64,000 nt of DNA from positions 30,628,001 through 30,692,000 of the forward strand of contig OX597834.1 in assembly GCA_951406725.2 (NCBI GenBank), given 5' to 3'. Within the stretch, counting starts at the first letter, position 1, and the number at the start of each line of letters is the position of its first letter. The notes beneath the pieces were generated by a model, which saw nothing but the letters and a program-made list of their open reading frames with translations, ran no database searches and was not told the origin of the DNA. Below are positions 54,205 through 64,000 of the stretch, piece after piece. The stretch comes from Octopus vulgaris. Taxonomy: Eukaryota. A program made the position numbers and the translations under genes.

Positions 54205-56546
54205 ATGTGTGTATGTGTGTGTGTGTATGTGTGTGTGCCTGTATGTATGTATGGAGTGGATGGAAAGAAAGATGCTTTCTTCCAGTTCTGTATGAAGGCA
54301 AATTAGAGCCAGTTTGGTGTTTGGTAGAATTGAAGACTATTTCCTCACCTGAAGATAGATGGGACTTGGTGACAGGAAGGGCATCCAGCCATAGGAAATG
54401 CTGTCCCAATATACATTCAACAGACTCATTCAAGCATGGAAAAGCTGGCATTAAAACTGATGATGATTACACACACACACACACACATTTATGCAATGCA
54501 ACAAACTCAGCTGATCTGTCACCTCTGATCTCATTACTAATATGCAAATAATAGCAAAAATAAATATTTAAAAAAAAAAGAAAGAAACCCAGCAATTAGT
54601 TACGAGGAAGTAGAATGATAAAAACATCCGATAAAAAGTACCCAAACGTTCAAATTAATTATAGCAAAACACCCCATCCCCACCCAGCTCTTTGCTACTA
54701 CAGTCCCATCACCACTACTACCCCCCTATTTCTTAGAGTAACATCATCAACACTACCCCCCCACCTCCAGCAGAACCATTCATCCATCCACCCCACTCAA
54801 ATCCGGTTGGTTTCTTTAAGTCCCAAAGGGGTATCTGTTGTCAAATTGTGGAAGTAACATGGGGAGAAAAAGCTTTCGTCCCCTTTGCATGAAAAAGGGG
54901 TTGAAAAAGGAAAGGTTTTTTCACCCCTTTGCATGCTTCATTTAAAAACCAATAAATAATAATTGATAAATTATGGTTGTAGGTGTGGTTGTGTTGTTAA
55001 TTTGGGTCAATCCCAGTGCAGAGCACCTTGACAAATGTCATATACTTTGGCCCCAAAGTTGATCAAACCCTTGGCAGTAACATTTGGGAGACTGAAACTT
55101 GTGGGGCAGCCCAAGAGTGTCTGTGTTTGTGTGAGTGCATGTGTGGTTAAGAAGTTTTCTTCCTAACCACATGGTTCTGGGTTCAGTCCTACTGTATGGC
55201 ACCTTGGGCAAGTGTCTTCTACTATAGCCTTGAGCTGACCAAATTTTTTGGAGTGGATTTGGTAGATGGAAACTGAAAGAAGTCTGCCATATATATGTGT
55301 GTTTCTCTCTGTCTTTCTGTCCCCCTACTACTGCTTGAAAACCAGTGCTGGTGTGTTTACATCCCCATAAAGCCAAAAGCATACAATGCATGACAATGGT
55401 GATACACACAGGTATACATTTAGTGAATGCCCTTATCACAATAACCAGCAGAAAAACCATCCATAAAGTGGAGGTTCTGCTGGTGTACATAATGTGTGTG
55501 TTCAGAAAGAGGAGATCACCATCTGAGGCCATTCAGGGGACCCTTTGCAATTCCTGGATTGTTCCTGACCACCAAACAATGGTGAGGGACTGTTTCTTTC
55601 CAAATTCTAACCACGACTGAATTGGGTTTTCCAAGACATAATTCAGTTTTGGGGTAAAAGGAAGGATAAATTGCCCTGCATCTTGGAAGTCTTTAAATAG
55701 AACAAGAACACCAACAGCAATGTAAACAATGATGTTAAAAGTAATTAAGTTGAAGATAATGATTTCCTAATTGGACATGAATAATGAAAGAATAACAACC
55801 GCTACAACATCTGTAATTATTTCCAGAAATTTAAAAAAAAACTGAATGTAGAAATTAAACAAAAAAAAAAGACTAATGTATTATGTGTGTGTGAATGTGT
55901 ATCAATATATGTATATTCATACGCACACACACACATGCATGTGTGCAAATATTTGTGTGTCTGTGTGCATCTATATGTGTGTGTGTAAACAGTTATGTGT
56001 ATGCATAAATGTGTATGTGTATATATATATGTGTGTATATATATATATGTGTGTGTGTGTGTGAATATTTATATGTGTGTGTGGGTATGTATATGTGTGT
56101 GTGGGTATGTATATGTGTGTGTGGGTATGTATGTGTGTGTGTAGGGGTATGTATATATATATATATGTATGTATGTGGGGGAGGACATGTATATATGTGT
56201 ATGTGTGTGTATGTATATATATATATATGTGTGTATGTGTGTGAGTATGTATATATATGTATGTGTATGTATGTGTGTGTGTGTATGAAAGAAAAGATGA
56301 GAAAAGGAAAGGACATGGGGATAATGTGTTGGGATCAAAATGAATGACAGAAATTCAGGAAAGAAAGACAGCCACCACATCACCAAAGGAAGCCATATCG
56401 AGTTACCTCACACCGCCACCCACTCCCACCACCCTAATCTCCTTATTCTTTCAATTAATGGATAATGAGGAAACATTTAAGCGATGTTGGCATGCAACAT
56501 TGTGTCAATGAACAGGACCCGGGATATATTAGCCTGGTGCAGGAAG

Positions 56547-56595
<49 letters not shown>

Positions 56596-57075
56596 AGGAC
56601 AGTGAGGGTAGGGTGTGAATGCGTATGCGTACAACTGTGACTGTGTGTGTTTGTGTGCATGTGTATGCGAGGCTGCGTATGTGTACGTGTGTATTTGTGT
56701 GTGTGTGTGTGTGTGTGTGTAGCCACACCTTTGTAGCGTGGCTATCCATGTGAATGCATAAGTCTATTCTGCGTATCCCTATCCATCCCTCTTAATTTCT
56801 GTATGAGAATGTGTGTGTGTGTGTGTGTGTGCACATGTGTATGCATGTGTACATGTACACTTGTCTGTATATGCATGCATTTATCAGTGTGTGCATGTGT
56901 GTGTGTATGTGTGTATCTGTCCGTGTGGGTGTGGCCATCAATGTGAACACACAAGTCAGGGTTTCCTCATGTACATCTTTCAATGTGTGTGTGTGTGCAT
57001 GTGCGTGTGCGTGTGAGCATGCATGTGTGTGTGTTTGTGCACACATACACATCTGCACCTCTCTGTGAATGAGCA

Positions 57076-57147
<72 letters not shown>

Positions 57148-57672
57148 CTGCATATGAAGCAGCATGTGTGTTTCTGTATGTGCATGTGTGAATGTGTGTG
57201 TCCGTGTTCAGTTATGTGTGTGCATGTGTACGTGTGACTGGCTGGCTGGCTGGCTTGCTGGGAGAGAGAGAGGAAAGACTGAATACAGCAGTAGTCCTCA
57301 AGGAGGGGCCATATGGCCCTTGGTGGGATCCATATAAGATTTTCCTTGTTAATATTTATGTGCAAGAAACTGGATACACTTCTCGAATACTCAGAATATT
57401 TTAATTTTTTAATACAATCCCTAAAAATATTTCATTATAAAAATGCAGTAGAATGGGGTTTTTTTATATACACATTGAATTAGTATGAGAGAGCAGTGGG
57501 GTCAAAAAGGAATCAAGGGAGTCCATGGGCAAAAAGTGGTTGAGAAACAATGGAATGGACAGACAGACAGACAGACAGAGAGACATGCAGGTAGATAGAT
57601 AGATAAATAGATAGATAGGTAGATAAATAGGTAGATAGATAGATAGATAGATAGACAGATAGATAGATAGAC

Positions 57673-57765
<93 letters not shown>

Positions 57766-58520
57766 AATAGATAGATAGATAGATATTGATATATTGATGG
57801 TGTGTGGATAGAGAAGGGGAGAGAGAGGAATAAGGGAATGATAAAGAAAGAAAATGGAGAAGATTAGAGAGATGAAAAAGAGAGAAGCAAGATATAAAGA
57901 GAAAGGAGAGAAAGTGGGGGGAATGTAAAGAGAGGTGGGGGGTGCAGAGATAAGATGGGAAAAGAACAATAAAGAGAAACATTAAGAGATTAGAAAAGGA
58001 AGAGAGAAGAGAGGAGAAGGGAGAGATATAAAGAAAAGGGAGAGAGTAAAAGAAAGAGAGAAAAGGAGTTACAGAGAGGGGAGAGAGAGAGAGGAGAGGT
58101 GAGATGAAGAGAAAGGGAGAAGTATTTGAAGAGAATAGTGGGGGAGGGGTAGAGTGAAATAGATTGGTAAAATTCATTAACTTAAGCAAAGGGACGCACC
58201 TGGGAAGAGTGCAGAATCTAAATTAAATATATATGTATGCATACACACACATGTAAACACACAAATGCATAAACACACAGATACATATACACGTAAACTA
58301 ATCCTTAATAAATTAACAAGACCCTAATCAAATTTCAGTTGATTCAATCTTGATTGATAACGAGGTCCCTAGAAATGGGTCCAGTCTCAAATAAGAAAAA
58401 AAAAACAAATGATGGACCTGAAAGTCCTTGGCATATCATACAAACCCAGTGAAGAAAGAATAAGAACAATTCTATACAGTTTTAACCCCTTTTTGATAAG
58501 AAACCACTTGAGAAACCACA

Positions 58521-58900
58521 GGCGCAGGAGTGGCTGTGTGGTAAGTAGCTTGCTAACAAACCACATGGTTCTGGGTTCAGTCCCACTGCGTGGCATCTTG
58601 GGCAAGTGTCTTCTGCTATAGCCCCGGGCCGACCAATGCCTTGTGAGTGGATTTGGTAGACGGAAACTGAAAGAAGCCAGTCGTATATATGTATATATAT
58701 ATGTGTGTGTGTGTGTTTGTCCCCCTAGCATTGCTTGACAATGATGTTGGTGTGTTTAAGTCCCCGTCACTTAGCGGTTTGGCAAAAGAGACCGATAGAA
58801 TAAGTACTGGGCTTACAAAGAATAAGTCCCGGGGTCGATTTGCTCGACTAAAGGCGGTGCTCCAGCATGGCCGCAGTCTAATGACTGAAACAAGTAAAAA
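58521..58900 (+). mobile_element. SINE family A, full length; degraded copies at about 7270, 14608, 24150, 41210-41510(-), 55140, 59770, 60300(-)
   Basis: Family consensus; shares diagnostic variants (gctaac, ggcatcttgg, ccaatgcc) with the 1902 and 2628 copies. Confidence 0.9.
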
Positions 58901-59231
58901 AGTGAAAGAGAGATTGGCCTTGATTCTATGATACAAATTTCATGTTCTAGATTAGACCAAATTAAAACTTCCCATAATAAAATTTCAAGTAAATTTATGT
59001 TTCAAATCCCAGCTTAATAATGACAAATTATTTCACTAAATTCATTATTTTCAAAATTAATTGAAACAAAAAGTGCTTCAACAGAAATACGGTAATTAAA
59101 GACTTGTGGGTTAATTGATCTGAAGAAAATCAAAGAGACCATTACTTATTGAGAGGGATAGAATTTGCAGATATTATCATCCCACACGTGTCTGATTCTG
59201 CTGGATGTAATTGTCAATCAACATGATTTAA

Positions 59232-59452
59232 CCCTTTCGTTACCAACCCAGCCAAAACCGGCTCTGGCTCTGTAGTACAAATGTCTTGTTTTCCTAAGTT
59301 TTGCATTAAAATATACCACCAAACCTTAGTCGCAATTTATATATCTAACACTAGCTGAATGACAACTGAGTTATTTTACTAAATTCTTTGTTATATTTAA
59401 AGTAATTGAAAGAAACATAGAGCATCTCAAAATAAATACGGTAACGAAAGGG
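59232..59452. mobile_element. TTAA-targeting (piggyBac-like) MITE
   Basis: Perfect 13-bp TIR ccctttcgttacc / ggtaacgaaaggg flanked by TTAA on both sides; degraded relatives at about 58920-59110 and 59460-59600. Confidence 0.85.
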
Positions 59453-61546
59453 TTAACAGTCTTTCATACCAACCTACAAAAGACTGATCTACAAGGCAAA
59501 ACCACCAATTTGAAATGGTTTATATCTAAAATGAAACCTTTCATTTAATTTTATACAAGAATTTGAAATTCTGTGAATTTTTTTTCAAAATAAATTTTGT
59601 TCATAATGTGCATGCACAGCTTTGCGGTTACGTGAATTTATTTCCTGATTACATGGTTCTGAGTTCAATCCCAGAGAAAGGCAACTTGGGCAAGCGTCTT
59701 ATGCTATGGCCCCACGCTGATCAAAGTCTTGTAAGCAGGTTTGGTAGTGAGAAATTAAAAGAAGCCTGCTAGTATGGCTATGTAGTAAGAAGTTTTGGTT
59801 CCCAACCACAAGCTTTTTAAGTTCAATTCCACTGTGTGGCACCTTAAGAAAGTGTCCCCTATTATAGCCTTAGGCTGACCAAAGCCTTGTGAGAGGATTT
59901 GGAGAAAAAACCTGAAAGAAGCCTAATGTGTGTGTGTGTGTGTACGTGCACGCAGGTGCATGCATGAGTATTTATCCACCACCACTGCTTGACAACAGGT
60001 GTTGGTGTGTTTATGTCCCCAAAACTTAGCAGTTTGGTCAAAGATTGATAGAATAAGTACCAGGCTTTAAAAAAAAAGCAGTTGTTGATTTGTTTAAGTA
60101 AAATTCTTCAAGGCAGTGCCCCGGCATGGTCACAGTCTGATGACTGAAACCAGTAAAAGATAAAATATGTGTGTGTGTGTGTGTGTGTGCACACGTGTGT
60201 ATACCCTTCTCCTGACATTGCATGATGGTTGTAAACAAGCATCATCATCATAGACAGGGATAGACAGACAGACACACACAATGTGAATGTGTGTGCAACA
60301 GGCTTCTTTCAGTTTCCATCAACCAAATCCACTCACAAGGATTTGGTTGGCCTAAGGCTATAGTAGAAGACACTAGACCAAGGTGCCACGCAGTGGGACT
60401 GAACCCAGAACTATATGGTTAGGAAACAAAACTTCTCGCCACACAACCACGCATGCTCCTATGAGTGTATATAAAGGCACATAATTCCTCTGTCCAGTTA
60501 CGACTTGTCCATCCCATCCATTCATCTATTGACCTGTTCTCCCATCATTTTGTTCTTCCATCCACCCATCCATCCCTCCAAATCTACCCATCATCTCCTT
60601 CACCTAATCCACAACACACCCATGCACACGAAATATTTCTGTTAATCAATCAGTAATTACTTTCTTAAAGGTGGTGAGCTGGTAGAATCGTTAGCACGCT
60701 GGGCGAAATGCTTAGCGGTATTTTGTCTGCTGCTACGTTCTGAGTTCAAATTCCTCTGAGGTCGACTTTGCCTTTCATCCTTTCGGGGTCGATTAAATAA
60801 GCACCAGTTACACACTGGGGTCAATATAATCGACTTAATCCATTTGTCTGTCCTTGTTCGTCCCCTCTGTGTTTAGCCCCTTGTGGGTAGTAAAGAAATA
60901 GGTATTTTGTCTGCTGCTACGTTCTGAGTTCAAATTCCGCCTTTCATCCTGTCGGGGTCGATTAAATGAGTACCAGTTACGTACTGGAATCAATATAATT
61001 GACTTAATCCGTTTGTTTGTCCCCTCTGTGTGTAGCCCCTTGTGGGCAGTAAAGAAATATGAATTGTTACCGCGCTGGGCAAAATACTTAACGGTATTTC
61101 ATCTGTCTTTATGTTCTGAGTTCAAATTCTGCTGAGGTTGACTTTGCCTTTCATCCTTTCGGTGGCAATAAATTAAGTACCAGTTGTGTACTGGGATCGA
61201 TCTAATTGACTGGCCCCCCACCCCAAAAATGTCAGGCCTTATGCCTAGAGTAGAAAAGAATGATTACTTTCCAAAGATTTTTTTCTCAAGAGAACTCAGA
61301 ATTATTGAATTATTTTGCGTTTTTTTTCTGTTTACTTATCTTGCTTTATTTTTTTTTCGTTGTTTGTTTGTTGGTGCCATGTCTCAAATAAAATCCTCTC
61401 CACTGATGACAGTCTGGTGTTGGTGGGGGACAGCTGATGGTGTTGGACCAGTGGCGGAGCGGTGGGAGGGGGAGGCTTTTATTTTTAACACCAGCTGAGT
61501 CATTATATCTCCTTTCCTTACTGCCCAGTCCCCTGTCTTATCTTAG

Positions 61547-61583
<37 letters not shown>

Positions 61584-61765
61584 CACACACATACATACAT
61601 AACATACACAAACACACAAATGTGCATATACATACATATACGAAATTCACTCAAGTATGAGTGTACGAGATATATATATATATATGCACACAGAAACATA
61701 CATATGCACACACACACAAATATGCATATATGTACCAAATTCACTCAAGTATGTGTGCATGTATG

Positions 61766-61805
<40 letters not shown>

Positions 61806-62023
61806 AATACATACATATATACACACATATATATATATATACATGCACACATATTACACACATATACATATACTTACATGTATACACACACATACATATA
61901 CTTACATGTATACACACACATACATATACTTACATGTATACACACACATACATATACTTACATGTATACACACACATACATATACTTACATGTATACACA
62001 CACATACATATACTTACATGTAT

Positions 62024-62090
<67 letters not shown>

Positions 62091-62685
62091 CATATATTTA
62101 CATGTATACACTCATATACACCTCCCTCTTTGACAATTCCTCTTACTTTCTCTCATACAGCTCTCTCTCTCTCTCTCACACACACAATCCTCCACCCAAT
62201 CCTCTCACCTACAAACCATCTTTCTACTCTCCACAAGATTAGACTATTTTTCAGTTAATTGAACTCTTCCACCACCACTACCACCCTCACACACACACGT
62301 GTGTGTGTGTGCATGCATGCAGCCAACTTTGCACCAAATACCATCCGTCTGGTTTTGTCCTCACCCCTCCTTTTTTTCCCTGGCCCTCCCTCCTTGTATT
62401 GCTCTCTCACTCTCGCTGTCTCTCTCTCTCCTTACTCTCTATCTCTCTCTCTCGTTGTTTGTCTGTGACTTTTCTCTCTCCCTCTATCTTTCTCGATGTC
62501 TCTCTCACTCTTTTTGGTGGTCGTTTCTCTCTCACTCTCTCTCTCACCACTTCCAAAATAATCTCATAAAATTCTCTTATTTTATTCAGAAAAATCAACA
62601 TTCAAAGACATCTCCAACCTACAACATGTCTCCACTAACCTTCTGCACTAACTTCAATTCAAACATTCTTTGTTTTTCATACGTG

Positions 62686-62735
<50 letters not shown>

Positions 62736-62798
62736 GTGTATATGTATGCATGTGTGTAAATATATGTAAGCAGGTGACAGTTTGTGTGTGTGTGTGTG

Positions 62799-62862
<64 letters not shown>

Positions 62863-62866
62863 AAAT

Positions 62867-62904
<38 letters not shown>

Positions 62905-62935
62905 AAATATCTGTATGTACATGTGTGTATATATG

Positions 62936-62968
<33 letters not shown>

Positions 62969-63093
62969 TTTTATGTATGTATGCATATATATATAGAGAG
63001 AGAGAGACAGTTTTGTGCCATTTCATGGGCTCCTAAGGAGCGTTTTGTTCGAATACCTTGCTGCGCATTTGTTTTGGATTTTTAAATTCCTGG

Positions 63094-63179
63094 ATTTTCC
63101 TGAAGAGAATGCTGCAAAATGGTCTCCTTATTCAATCTGAATTTGGAAATTTGCGGCCTTTGAAACATGTGTAGAAAAT
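63094..63179 (+). ncRNA. Type I hammerhead ribozyme motif in a Penelope-like terminal repeat
   Basis: Stem I attttc/gaaaat; core CTGAAGA (63100-63106); long stem II gctgcaaaat/atttgcggc; GAAA (63162-63165); stem III AC-atgt-GT; cleavage triplet GTA (63171-63173). The stem II closing pair is G-U rather than G-C. Confidence 0.7.
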
Positions 63180-63275
63180 AATAAAAGGAATTCTGTAGAA
63201 TCTTCGTTCAGCTCCATTTCTTCCCTTCACTAAATATATATATATATATATATATATATTTTTATGTATGTATGC

Positions 63276-63388
<113 letters not shown>

Positions 63389-63401
63389 TATGTATGTATG
63401 C

Positions 63402-63433
<32 letters not shown>

Positions 63434-63583
63434 ATGCATATATGTTCCCTGCTCACCATAACTCGGATGCAGCTGTGCATTGTTAACCAAGTAGGGGAGA
63501 TGTCCTCTTGGTGTTAAAAATTCACAGTAAAGTCCATTCAAACGGTCAGTCATGTTGAAGTGGCTACGAAAATTAATCATATG

Positions 63584-63660
<77 letters not shown>

Positions 63661-63664
<4 letters not shown>

Positions 63665-63890
63665 CGGCAAGCTGGCAGACACGTTAGCACGCCGGGCGAA
63701 ATGCTTAGCAGTATTTCGTCTGTCGTTAAGTTCTGAGTTCAAATTCCGCCGTAGTCGACTTTGCCTTTCATCCTTTCGGGGTCGATAAATAAAGTACCAG
63801 TTTCACACTGGGGTCGATGCAATCGGCTTAATCCCTTTGTCTGTCCTTGTTTGTCCCCTCTATGTTTAGCCCCTTGTGGGTAGTAAAGAT
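63661..63890 (+). mobile_element. SINE family B inserted in (TA)n
   Basis: Family B consensus with (TA)n on both sides. Confidence 0.9.
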
Positions 63891-64000
63891 ATATATATAT
63901 TATCCTTCGAAACGTAGAGTAGATGAAACCATAGCGATTGAAGAAGGGGTTTTTTCTTTGTGTTAATTGTCCTGTACTCCATTTTTTGTTGTTTTTAAAA

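Noticed and set aside
55038-55690. Minus-strand unique segment with an acceptor-like site and the ORF MASDGDLLFLN...
   Set aside because: All frames from the acceptor hit stops and the ATG ORF runs into a SINE. It may be UTR, but nothing supports a call.

Overview
Eukaryotic, AT-rich, microsatellite-saturated genomic DNA. Its repeat families match my recollection of Octopus (coleoid cephalopod) SINEs and LINE tails; this is unverified. Almost all ORFs in the supplied track are (TA)n/(CA)n artefacts. Real signals: (i) a spliced minus-strand protein-coding gene, with a 992-bp low-complexity exon at 31386-32377 and small phase-compatible exons at 25884-25952, 23415-23510 and 9719-9807; no family is recognisable, but two exons carry KKVxF PP1-docking-like motifs; (ii) many tRNA-derived SINEs, RTE and CR1 LINE 3' ends, three non-autonomous Helitrons plus a decayed Helitron PIF1-helicase segment, hAT and TTAA MITEs with target-site duplications, a mariner relic, and Penelope-like termini carrying hammerhead ribozyme motifs. 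Most notable: a 34-bp inverted copy of the large exon sits in the adjacent intron, fused to a SINE 5' end (32492-32525 vs 31698-31731). Its single mismatch places a C opposite the first A of a Lys codon, the geometry of an ADAR editing-complementary sequence that would give K-to-E recoding. It may be a retro-copied piece of the gene's own edited transcript. Also notable: a recent 254-bp duplication of a splice acceptor that yields two sister exons with the same start and different bodies.
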